DNA of 64,000 nucleotides from an uncultured Acidimicrobiaceae bacterium (GTDB lineage Bacteria; Actinomycetota; Acidimicrobiia; Acidimicrobiales; Bog-793): NCBI GenBank assembly GCA_963761425.1, contig CAVXGQ010000002.1, positions 714 to 64,713 of the forward strand, read 5' to 3'. Shown piece by piece: positions 55,886 to 64,000 of this stretch (position 1 is its first letter; each line of letters starts with the position of its first letter). The notes under the pieces were generated by a model. It saw only the letters and a program-made list of their open reading frames with translations, ran no database searches and was not told where the DNA came from. The position numbers and the translations under genes were made by a program.

Positions 55886-56584
55886 ATGAGTGATCCCAAC
55901 AACCTGCGCGAGGCGGTGCTCGAGGCGAACCTCTCCCTGGTGCGTCACGGTCTGGTCACCTTGACCTGGGGCAACGCCAGCGGGATCGACCGGGCGGCCG
56001 GGTTGGTGGCGATCAAGCCGAGCGGCGTTCCCTACGAGGAGATGGCGGTGGGGGACATCGTCGTCGTCGACCTGTCCGGTGGCGTCGTCGACGGCGCCCG
56101 GCGCCCTTCGACCGACCTCCCCACCCATCTGTTGCTCTACCGTTCCTTGCCCGAGATCGGAGGTGTCGTCCACACCCACTCCACCTGGGCGACCGCGTGG
56201 GCCCAGGCGGGAAGGGAGATACCGATCCTCGGGACGACCCATGCCGACCTGTGCCCGGGTGCCGTCCCGATCGCCCGCCCTCTCTCGGATGACGAGGTCC
56301 GGGGTGCCTATGAGGAGAACACCGGGGTCGTGCTGTGCGAGGTGATCGGCGACCGGGGGATCGAAGCGGTTCCCTGCGCCCTCGTCCCCGGTCACGGCCC
56401 GTTCACCTGGGGGAAGGACGTCGTCCAGGCGGTGGAGCGGGCCGTCACCCTCGAAGCGGTCGCGCGAATGGCCTTGCTTTCCCTCCTGATCCGCCCCGGG
56501 GCCGATTCCCTGTCGGCGGTGGTGGTGGATCGCCACTTCACGAGAAAGCACGGACCCGGCGCCTACTACGGACAACCCGGCTGA
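55886..56584 (+). CDS. araD: L-ribulose-5-phosphate 4-epimerase
   Basis: Class II aldolase fold: VTLTWGNASGIDR..VAIKPSGV.Y..M....IVVVDL.G..V.G...PS.D..THL.LY......GGVVHTHS.WAT.WAQAG..IP..GTTHAD. Confidence 0.9.
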   Translation: MSDPNNLREAVLEANLSLVRHGLVTLTWGNASGIDRAAGLVAIKPSGVPYEEMAVGDIVVVDLSGGVVDGARRPSTDLPTHLLLYRSLPEIGGVVHTHSTWATAWAQAGREIPILGTTHADLCPGAVPIARPLSDDEVRGAYEENTGVVLCEVIGDRGIEAVPCALVPGHGPFTWGKDVVQAVERAVTLEAVARMALLSLLIRPGADSLSAVVVDRHFTRKHGPGAYYGQPG

Positions 56585-56645
56585 CCGACTGTCCCCGGCC
56601 CGGGGCGGGACCCCACCGGTGCCGGACCGCAGGGTGCCAGGGCCC

Positions 56646-57998
56646 TCAGTCCGCGGGGGTCGCCGGAAGGACCGTCTCGATCGCTTCGTCGAGCCGGCCC
56701 TGGCCCTCCAGAAAGTCGAGCACGGTATAACGGGCTCGGAGCCGGTTCGCCCAATGCCAAGTCGACTTCAGCGTGGCGACGTCGAGGTCGAGGAACCCCG
56801 GACGAGACGGGATGCCCGCCGATGACAGGGCCGCCACGACCACCGGGAAGATGCGCATCGCCTCACCCAGCCGGTCTTGGATCGCCTCCCAGCGGGCCGC
56901 GGTCCGGGGCCACGCCGAAGCGTGCTGGCGTACGAACCGGCGCTTGTCGGCGAGGACGGCGGCCACCTCGGCTTGGTGGCTGGCAAACCACGAGTCGGCT
57001 GCCTCTCCTTGGCTGGCGACCGGACGCGGGGTCACCAGCTTGGCGACGCCTCCCGCCAAGGCGAAGCGTTGGAGACGCATGGCGAAATGCGTCGCATAGC
57101 CGACCTGGAGGCCATGGGGAGCGTGGGGTCGCCGGCCTTGGGAGGCGAGCAGGTCCCAGAAGTGGGAGGCGTGGTGCTCGCTTCCGCTCGCCGGTCGGGA
57201 GCTCCCGACCATTGCCATGGCGACCCCGGATTCGATCAAGCCGCGGAGCAGTTGGGCCACCGCCTCCGGCGATCGGCCGAGCACCTCGTGGACGTGGGTG
57301 GCGGCGCGGATGGCCGGTTCGATCACCCGGCGTTCGACCTCCGAACAGAACGGTTCGTCATAGAGCGCGTGCGACATCATCCAATCGACCCGCGCCGTCG
57401 CCTTGCCGAGCAGGTCACCGAGACCGGATCGCGTCAGGTCCGCCGGGGCGGCGGCAACCGTCGCCATGTCGGCGAAAATCGCCACCGGGGCCACCGCCGG
57501 GTAGGTCGCCTTCATGCCTTTGAACTCCATGGCGGCGACGCTGGAGGCGTATCCATCCATTGAGGCGGCGGTCGGGACGCTCACGAATTCGCGACCCGAG
57601 CGACTCGCCACGTAGCGGGTGATGTCGGTAATCACCCCGGACCCCACCGCGACGATCGAGTCCGAGCCCGCCTCGTCCAACGCCTCCTGGACGCGGGAGA
57701 CGCTGGTCTCGTCGGCGAGCAGACCGCGACGCTCGGGAAAGCAGAAGGTCACCACGCGCAGGTGCGCACGGGACATCTCGGCCACCACCCGCCCGCCGAC
57801 CGCCTCTTCGGTGTTCGCGTCCATGACGACGAAGGGTCGTTGCCACCGGCGCCCCCCGAGGTAGTCGCCCAGCTGGTCGATGGCGGTTGCGTCCACCACG
57901 ATCACCTGATTCGGGAGGCGGTGGACGGCGCCGCAGGGACAGCGGGCACGAGGGGTCGACCCGACGCGGGAAGTTGCCGACCTGGCGCGGGTCACCAC
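56646..57998 (-). CDS. sn-glycerol-1-phosphate dehydrogenase-family (AraM/EgsA-like, iron-ADH superfamily) protein
   Basis: ..DSIVAVGSGVITDITRYVA...G..FVSVPTAASMDGY.S....M...G.K.T........IFAD........AP......G.GDLLGK.. is the G1PDH/AraM pattern. The gene is convergent with araD. Confidence 0.7.
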   Translation of the reverse strand: MVTRARSATSRVGSTPRARCPCGAVHRLPNQVIVVDATAIDQLGDYLGGRRWQRPFVVMDANTEEAVGGRVVAEMSRAHLRVVTFCFPERRGLLADETSVSRVQEALDEAGSDSIVAVGSGVITDITRYVASRSGREFVSVPTAASMDGYASSVAAMEFKGMKATYPAVAPVAIFADMATVAAAPADLTRSGLGDLLGKATARVDWMMSHALYDEPFCSEVERRVIEPAIRAATHVHEVLGRSPEAVAQLLRGLIESGVAMAMVGSSRPASGSEHHASHFWDLLASQGRRPHAPHGLQVGYATHFAMRLQRFALAGGVAKLVTPRPVASQGEAADSWFASHQAEVAAVLADKRRFVRQHASAWPRTAARWEAIQDRLGEAMRIFPVVVAALSSAGIPSRPGFLDLDVATLKSTWHWANRLRARYTVLDFLEGQGRLDEAIETVLPATPAD

Positions 57999-58408
57999 CG
58001 CAACCTACGCCTCACGCCTGATCCTCCCCGGCTCGTCGCTGGCGGGACTGCGCTCCCGTGCCACCGCCGTCTGCGGACGGCCCGCTTTGGCCGCCGGAAC
58101 CCCCGGTGTCCACCGCCCAGCTCATCTGCGGCGATGTGAATGCTCATGGCCACCAAGAACCAGAGAGCTTGTCGCTCCTATCCCAGGGGAAGTATGCCGT
58201 AGGCGGGCGCGACCACGCCATCACCGGCAGCCTGACCCGGCGACCTCGGGCGCCCTAGTCTCGGTAGCCGCACAGGAGGAGGACACTTGGTCCCGCGATT
58301 GCCGCTTTCTGGTCCGCGCCGCCGACACCGGGTGGGCGACGGTGGCCTGGTCACGCCCGCCGGCTTCGCCCCGTCGCCGATACGGGGTAGCGGCTGACCG
58401 GGGGAGCG

Positions 58409-60142
58409 TTGGTGGACCAGCGGGGGCGCGCTCGACGACTCGCCGGCACCCTGCCGGCACTGTTCCCAACCATCCTGCCGTGGCGTCACCGCTCCCTCGG
58501 CCCGGAACTTCTCGCCGGTCTGTTGCTCGCCGCCATCGCCATTCCGGAGCAGATCGCCACGGCCCGGCTCGCCGGAATGCCGGCGATGGCGGGCCTCGCC
58601 GCTTTCATCGTCGGCTCGCTGGCGATCGCTGTCTTCGGCTCGACCGGTCCGTTGTCGGTCGGCGCCGACTCCACCATCGCGCCGGTCATCGCCGCCAGCG
58701 TCTCCTCCATCGCCCTGTCCTCGACGCCGACCTATCGGGCGGACGCCTCCCTGCTCGCCCTGCTGGTCGGGCTCATCGTCATGGTCATCGGGCTCGCCCG
58801 CATGGCGTGGATCGCCGACATCTTGTCGACTCCGGTCGTGACCGGCTTCTTGGCTGGGGTCGGCATCGCCATCGTGCTGCGCCAGATCCCGGTGGTGCTG
58901 GGTATCACGCCCCCCGGTGGCCGCGGGCCGGTCGAGACCACCTGGCTGACACTGCGGTCGATCGGCCAGGCGAACGGCTGGACGGTGGCGATCGCCGCCG
59001 TGGTCATCGTCGGCGTCGGCGGCGCCGAGCGGTGGAGCCGGCGGTTCCCGGGGGCGATCCTCGCCCTCGTCGCCTCGGCGGTGGCGGTCGGGGCGTTCCA
59101 CCTCAAAGTGCACGGAGTAGAGGTGCTCGGTGTCGTGCCTTCCGGGCTGCCCCACCTGGCGGTCCCCGCCGCGAGCTTCGCGGCGCTACGAGCCCTGCTG
59201 TTGCCTGCCCTCGCCATCTCGCTCGTCGTGCTCGCCCAGTCGGCCGCGACGGTGAGGGGCCTCGGCGGCGCAGGCTCCGACAAGACCGGCTTCAATCGGG
59301 ACCTCGTCGGCATCGGCGCCGGATCGCTGCTGGCCGGATTCGTCGGCTCGTTCGCCCTCGACGCCAGCCCGCCGCGCACCGAGATCGTGGCGGACGCCCG
59401 GGGCCGGACCCAGCTTGCCGGGCTTAGCGCCGCGGCCATCGTGGCGGTGCTCGTTGCCTTCGCGGCCTCGTGGCTCGACGACGTCCCGCACGCCACGCTC
59501 GGCGCGATCCTCGCCCTCATCGGCGTGCGTCTCGTTCGGGTGCCGGAGCTGCGCGCCATCTTCCGGTTCGACCGCCTCGAGTTCGGCCTGGCGTTCGTGA
59601 CCATGCTGGTCGTCGCCCTCGTTGATGTGAAGCTGGGCATGGGACTGGCGGTCACGCTCGCCGTCCTCGACCGGACCCGCCGTACCGCGAGCCCGCGGGA
59701 TGCGTTGCTCGGGCACCTCCCGAACACCTCGAACTGGGTGTTGCCGACCGCCGGTCTCCCGGTCGAACAGCTCCCCGGGGTGGTCGTTTACATGCTGGAA
59801 GCGCCGTTGTGGTTTGCCAACGTCGACCACGTGACCGGACGGATCCGCGCCCTCACCGCCCCGGGCACCGGCGTCGACTCGTTCGTCCTCGACGCCGCCG
59901 CCATCTCGGACGTGGACTACACCGCGGGTCGCCAGCTCACCGGGGTGGCCCGGGATCTTGTCGCCGCGGGGGTGCGCGTCGGGATCGCCCGGGCCACCTC
60001 CGTCGTCGAACAAGAGCTCGCACGCATCGGATTGGTGGGCGTGATCGGTCCCGACAACTTCTACCCGACTGTCGATGACGGAGTCCGGGCGCTGCTGGCC
60101 CGGCGTTCCCCGGCGGCCTCGACGGGGGAGGCGCCGTCGTAG
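58409..60142 (+). CDS. SulP-family anion transporter with C-terminal STAS domain
   Basis: ..ELLAGLLLAAIAIPEQIATARLAGMPAMAGL.. is followed by about 11 TM segments. The STAS region reads (VVVYMLEAPLWFANVDHV..FVLDAAAISDVDYTAGRQL). Confidence 0.88.
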   Translation: MVDQRGRARRLAGTLPALFPTILPWRHRSLGPELLAGLLLAAIAIPEQIATARLAGMPAMAGLAAFIVGSLAIAVFGSTGPLSVGADSTIAPVIAASVSSIALSSTPTYRADASLLALLVGLIVMVIGLARMAWIADILSTPVVTGFLAGVGIAIVLRQIPVVLGITPPGGRGPVETTWLTLRSIGQANGWTVAIAAVVIVGVGGAERWSRRFPGAILALVASAVAVGAFHLKVHGVEVLGVVPSGLPHLAVPAASFAALRALLLPALAISLVVLAQSAATVRGLGGAGSDKTGFNRDLVGIGAGSLLAGFVGSFALDASPPRTEIVADARGRTQLAGLSAAAIVAVLVAFAASWLDDVPHATLGAILALIGVRLVRVPELRAIFRFDRLEFGLAFVTMLVVALVDVKLGMGLAVTLAVLDRTRRTASPRDALLGHLPNTSNWVLPTAGLPVEQLPGVVVYMLEAPLWFANVDHVTGRIRALTAPGTGVDSFVLDAAAISDVDYTAGRQLTGVARDLVAAGVRVGIARATSVVEQELARIGLVGVIGPDNFYPTVDDGVRALLARRSPAASTGEAPS

Positions 60143-60202
60143 GGTGGCGAGTTGCTGGCCGCGTCCTGTGGTGCCGGCGTTCTCGGCCAGACTGGAGTCC
60201 CG

Positions 60203-60859
60203 ATGATCAACGTCTTTCTCCTCGACGACCACGAGGTGGTCCGGGCGGGACTACGGGACCTGCTCGAGAACGCCGACGAGAGCATTGCCGTGGTCGGCGA
60301 GGCCTCGTCGGCGGAGGAAGCGCTCACCCGCATCGCCGCCACCCGACCGGACGTGGCCATCCTCGACGTCCGGCTCGGCGAGGGCGCCACCGACGGGATC
60401 GCCGTTTGCCGGGAGATCCGTTCGGCGCATCCGGAGATCGCCTGTCTCATCCTCACCTCGTTCCCCGACGACGAGGCCCTGTTGGCGGCGATCATGGCCG
60501 GTGCCGCCGGGTATCTCCTGAAGGAGGTGCGCGGACGGGACATCGTCGGAAGTGTCAAACGGGTGGCCCGAGGGGAGTCGCTCCTCGACCCGGCGCTCAC
60601 CCAGAAGCTCCTTGACCGGATGAGAGCCGGGGTGCCCGAAAACGAACGCCTCGCCCGTCTGACGACCCGGGAACGGCACGTGCTCGACCTGGTCGCCGAG
60701 GGCAAGACGAACCGGGAGATCGGCGCCGAGCTCTACCTGGCGGAAAAGACCGTCAAGAACTACGTCTCGAACATCCTTTCCAAGCTGGGCATGCAGAGAC
60801 GGACCGAGGCGGCGGTGTTCGCGGCGCGCCTCGCCGACAAAGAGCACCGCTCGCCCTAA
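60203..60859 (+). CDS. NarL/LuxR-family response regulator
   Basis: It has the receiver domain MINVFLLDDHEVVRAGLRDLL..PDVAILDVRL..ACLILTSF. This is followed by the LuxR HTH LTTRERHVLDLVAEGKTNREIGAELYLAEKTVKNYVSNILSKLG. Confidence 0.9.
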   Translation: MINVFLLDDHEVVRAGLRDLLENADESIAVVGEASSAEEALTRIAATRPDVAILDVRLGEGATDGIAVCREIRSAHPEIACLILTSFPDDEALLAAIMAGAAGYLLKEVRGRDIVGSVKRVARGESLLDPALTQKLLDRMRAGVPENERLARLTTRERHVLDLVAEGKTNREIGAELYLAEKTVKNYVSNILSKLGMQRRTEAAVFAARLADKEHRSP

Positions 60860-60892
60860 CCGGAAGGAGTCCGTGGCCCGGGCAGGGCGGGA

Positions 60893-61861
60893 TCACAGCG
60901 GGTCCGAAGGGCTGCCCTGCCACCCGGAAAAGGCCTTCCAACGACGTTTCAAGGTGGCGAGGTCCTTGCCGAGACCTTGTAGTGACCGCGCCGCGTCGAG
61001 CCGTTCGACGACGACGAGCTGGCCGGCGAGGAAGGCACACTCGAATCGTTCCTTGGCGGCGCGGGTGAGGAAGACCTCGGCGGCGAGGGCGTCGCGGTGG
61101 TCCCCGAGTCGGTCTTGGACCGCGGCCGCGGTGGTCGCCAGCCGAGCGGCGGGCCGGTCGAACACCCCCGCGGCGAGCTCGGCCGCGTAGCGGAGCTCTT
61201 TGGAGCGGATCCGCAGGGCGTGGAGGTTGGCCTCGGTTGGTGACTGCCGCGCCCGGCGGGCCGCCTGCCGGACGTTGCGCCAGGGGCGTCGCAGCAGCTG
61301 TCCGAGGGCGGCGCGGGCCACCTCGTCGGCGCCCGCCGTGAGCGGCGGCTGCGCCGCTACCAGCCGGTTGACGTGGCCGAGGACCGCTTCGTAGCGGGGG
61401 AGCGCCCGCGCACTCGCCAGGCGGAAGGTGACGTCGCTGCGTTGCAGGGCGACGGCGGCGTACAGACCCTCCAGGGCGAGCGGGTCGGCGTCACGCTCGG
61501 TGTGCAAGGTGATCCGCAGCGCGAGGACGTCGAGATTGCGGACCTCCCCGAGGAGCTGCGAGAACCAGCCGATGTCCCCGCGGGCCGCGGCCGCCCACTC
61601 GGGATCGACGATGACCCGGAAGGTGCGCAGCAGCGACCGGATCCGACGGAGCGCCACCCGCGCGGCGTGGAGATCTTCGGCGTCGCGGTTGTCGTCGGGC
61701 CGATCGCTGTCGTGGGTGAGGAACGACTCCGCGGCGCGGCGCAACACCTCGGTGACGAGGTCCCCGATGTGTCCGCCGTCGGGCTCCGCCTCAGCCCCGA
61801 CGGAGTCGTCGTCTGGGTGAAAGTCCTCTGACGGTTCACCGGTGAGGTAGGGATCGAACAC
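60893..61861 (-). CDS. CHAD-domain protein
   Basis: It has the repeated CHAD helices ..LHAARVALRRIRSLLRTFR.. and ..LHALRIRSKELRYAAEL... Confidence 0.8.
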   Translation of the reverse strand: MFDPYLTGEPSEDFHPDDDSVGAEAEPDGGHIGDLVTEVLRRAAESFLTHDSDRPDDNRDAEDLHAARVALRRIRSLLRTFRVIVDPEWAAAARGDIGWFSQLLGEVRNLDVLALRITLHTERDADPLALEGLYAAVALQRSDVTFRLASARALPRYEAVLGHVNRLVAAQPPLTAGADEVARAALGQLLRRPWRNVRQAARRARQSPTEANLHALRIRSKELRYAAELAAGVFDRPAARLATTAAAVQDRLGDHRDALAAEVFLTRAAKERFECAFLAGQLVVVERLDAARSLQGLGKDLATLKRRWKAFSGWQGSPSDPL

Positions 61862-62048
61862 TGGCGATGATCGTAGGCGGGCGTCAGAACGAGCGTTTCA
61901 GGTCGGCGCCCGGTGCAGCTGCGCGGCTTAACAACTGGTGGCCGGTCCCTCACACTTACCTTATGGATTCATCGATCCCTTCTGACAGCCGTGCTGCACG
62001 ATCGTGAGGTTCCTTCGGTTGCCAAGTGCCGGACAAGAGGAGAGCACG

Positions 62049-62771
62049 ATGAAGTCTCGACACATCGCTTCGGTGGTCGTCGGGGCGGGGATGGTCGCCA
62101 TCGCCTCGCTCGGATTCATCCCGGCGGCGTTGGCTGGTCCGAGGACCACCTCGACGACACCGCCGTCGTTCTCGCAGTTGCAGGCCAAGCTCGAGGCGCA
62201 GCTCGCCGTGCGCCAGAGCCGGCTCGCCGCGCTCACGACCGAGGTTTCGGATTCGACGACGCTTACCTCGACGGACGCGGCCACGCTGCAGTCGAGATTG
62301 TCGACGGAGACCTCCAACATCGACGCGCTGATCGCCAAGGTGCCGAACGACACGACGATTGCCGAGCTGCGCGCCGACCAGGCCGCCATGCTCCAGGACA
62401 ATCGGGTTTTCGTCGTGATGAGCCCGCAGGTCCACCTGACCATCGCGGCGGACACCGTTTACGCGCACGCCGGCACCATTCTCGCCAACGGCCCCACCAT
62501 CACCACCGAGCTGAACGCCCGGGTGTCCGATGAGGGCTACGCCCGCACCGAGGCCCTGTTCGCCTTCTCGACGGCGAAGGCGACCGCCGCGCAGTCTTTG
62601 ATGACCGGGGTCTCAACCGACGTGCTGGCCCAGACCCCTGCCGGGTGGCCGGGCAACTGGCACGTCTTCGTCCAGGCGCGGGTGCAGATCCTCCACGGAC
62701 GCATCGACCTGGTGCAGTCGCGGGCCGACCTGGGGCGCGTCGAGCGATGGATCAACCGGCACCCGGCGTAG
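62049..62771 (+). CDS. secreted hypothetical protein (helical)
   Basis: The internal start MKSRHIASVVVGAGMVAIASLGFIPAALAG is signal-like. The body is Ala/Thr/Leu-rich and helical. No family was recognised. Confidence 0.55.
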   Translation: MKSRHIASVVVGAGMVAIASLGFIPAALAGPRTTSTTPPSFSQLQAKLEAQLAVRQSRLAALTTEVSDSTTLTSTDAATLQSRLSTETSNIDALIAKVPNDTTIAELRADQAAMLQDNRVFVVMSPQVHLTIAADTVYAHAGTILANGPTITTELNARVSDEGYARTEALFAFSTAKATAAQSLMTGVSTDVLAQTPAGWPGNWHVFVQARVQILHGRIDLVQSRADLGRVERWINRHPA

Positions 62772-62901
62772 GACGAGGCCGCGGGTCGTACCGGCATCGG
62801 GGACTGCTCGTTCCACCGTCCGGTCCGGGTGCAGCTTTTTTCCCGACCCCGCCGATGGCTGGCGGAAGGAGAGCCGGGGTCGCACGGCTCCCGAGGTAGA
62901 C

Positions 62902-62942
62902 ACAGGACCGGGGCCCAGCTTCCCCTCGGGCCCCGGTCCTGT
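62902..62942. terminator. 15-bp perfect stem-loop between convergent genes (bidirectional terminator candidate)
   Basis: ACAGGACCGGGGCCC (62902-62916), an 11-nt loop, then GGGCCCCGGTCCTGT (62928-62942). There is no U-tract, as is common in high-GC actinobacteria. Confidence 0.6.
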
Positions 62943-62995
62943 TGTCGCGTTGGGGCGTCGGTCCTCGCCACCGCCGGAGGCGGGAGGCCGGCCCC

Positions 62996-64000
62996 TCAGG
63001 ACCCCGGGTGAAGTGTCCGGTGGCCGGGAGGACGGCGGCGCAACCGGCCGGACAGTCGCTCGGCGCGCAACGCCCCCTCTTCTTCGTCGGTCAGGGGCTC
63101 GAGCGTGGCGCCGGTCGCCAGGGCGAGCAACAGGTCGGCGAAGCCCGGGTTGCGCGCCAGGACCGGGCCGTGGAGGTAGGTGCCGAACACCCTGCCCCCC
63201 ACGGCCCCGTCGACGGAGTCGAAGCCGTTCCCGATCCCAGAGGTGACCCGCGCCAACGGCCGGACCTCCTGGCCGAGTCGGGTGCGAGCCTGATGGTTCT
63301 CGAAGCCGCTCAAGGTCTCGAGCGCCACCGGCCACCCCTGGTCGCCGATCGGGGTCGCGACGACCTCGCCGACGGCCCGTCGTTCGTCGCTGCGGGAGGT
63401 GGTGGCGTCGAGGAGGCCGACGCCTTGGTGGTCACGCCCGTCGGCTCCCGGGAAGACCGTCCCGATGATCTGGAAACCCGCGCAGACCGCGAGGACCGTC
63501 GCGCCGTGCGCGACCGCCGAGGCGAACGCGCCGTCGCGCAGGCAGACGGAGGAGTGGATCTGCGGCCCGTCCTCGCCCCCGCCGAGGCAGTAGATGTCGC
63601 CCCCCTTTGGCAGCGTTCGGTCGGACGGCGCGGTGACGAGTTCGACAGGGATCCCCCGCCAGGCGGCTCGGTTCTCCAGCACGCGTCCGTTGCCGAAGTC
63701 GCCGTAGGTGCCGAGCAGGTCGGGATGGACGACGACGACCCGCAGACGTGACTCCCCGGTGCGGTGCCGAGACGCCGGGTGATGAGACGGTCCTGTGCGC
63801 GAGGCCGCCGGTGTGCCACCGGACACCGGGGAGGTCGCCCGCGGGTGGTGGGCGAGTCGTCGGCGCATCACCTGGAAGGCCGTGTAGTTCCCGATGTAGT
63901 CGACGTGGTCGGCGTGGTGGTCCCCGGCGATCTCGACCGCCCGCAGAGGGTCCGCCTCGACCACGTGGCGCGCCCCGGCGTGGCGCAGCCGGACCGCCAG
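62996..64000 (-). CDS. gatD: GatD-type glutamine amidotransferase, apparently translationally fused to the C-terminus of MurT (5' end beyond window)
   Basis: The GatD/CobQ-like GATase reads (VVVVHPDLLGTYGDFGNG..IYCLGGGEDG..VLAVCAGFQIIG..GFENHQ..GTYLHGPVLARNP). The same frame upstream reads LAVRLRHAGARHVVEADPLRAVEI..VDYIGNYTAFQVMRRRL (MurT C-terminus). No stop codon lies between the two. Confidence 0.8.
   Translation of the reverse strand: MAVRLRHAGARHVVEADPLRAVEIAGDHHADHVDYIGNYTAFQVMRRRLAHHPRATSPVSGGTPAASRTGPSHHPASRHRTGESRLRVVVVHPDLLGTYGDFGNGRVLENRAAWRGIPVELVTAPSDRTLPKGGDIYCLGGGEDGPQIHSSVCLRDGAFASAVAHGATVLAVCAGFQIIGTVFPGADGRDHQGVGLLDATTSRSDERRAVGEVVATPIGDQGWPVALETLSGFENHQARTRLGQEVRPLARVTSGIGNGFDSVDGAVGGRVFGTYLHGPVLARNPGFADLLLALATGATLEPLTDEEEGALRAERLSGRLRRRPPGHRTLHPGS

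Noticed and set aside
58287-58397. 36-codon upstream ORF (TTG start after AGGAGGAGG) ahead of the SulP gene as a leader peptide
   Set aside because: The product is Arg/Pro/Gly-rich, typical of random high-GC frames. The SD-like sequence alone is insufficient evidence.

Overview
High-GC, actinobacterial-type chromosomal segment. Supporting markers are MurT/GatD, a mycothiol-type DinB enzyme, a MsiK-like ATPase and a PatA-like GNAT-ACS fusion. (1) 1-13.3 kb is a decaying glycoside-utilisation locus. It holds an ADH, an aldo/keto reductase split by an IS110-family element, a heavily degraded GH31 paralogue, an intact GH3, a LacI regulator, two ABC-permease stumps, an IS630 stump, an intact GH31 and a MalK/MsiK-type ATPase. 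(2) 13.4-16.4 kb holds an IS481-like element, then a GntR gene and an NHL-repeat gene with an in-frame TGA. (3) 16.5-30.0 kb is the most unusual part. About 13 kb of unrelated, mostly single-gene units are each followed by a co-oriented 17-nt motif (CCGGCG-N4-GGGG-NAC). The units include Mrr, a DinB/MDMPI enzyme, SRPBCC, MarR+SDR, an epoxide hydrolase and small or secreted proteins. The run is bracketed by two ~173-bp direct repeats that end in the 3' half of a tRNA-Pro(GGG) gene. A 229-nt tract with a single A and a tyrosine-recombinase stump lie at its right end. (4) 32.3-37.4 kb is a small tRNA-Gly(GCC) island with an integrase. It carries an ApeA-like HEPN protein, a divergent HTH protein and two small basic ORFs. 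(5) 37.5-64 kb is core genome: dut, orn, a two-component cluster, a Pat-like acetyltransferase, msrA, a pentose cluster, a SulP transporter, a CHAD protein and an apparently fused murT-gatD. The pentose cluster comprises a CUT2-type ABC transporter, an AKR, an internally deleted xylA, xylB, araBAD and an AraM-like gene. No rRNA genes or CRISPR arrays were seen. Many long ORFs in the track are GC-rich antisense or alternative-frame artefacts.
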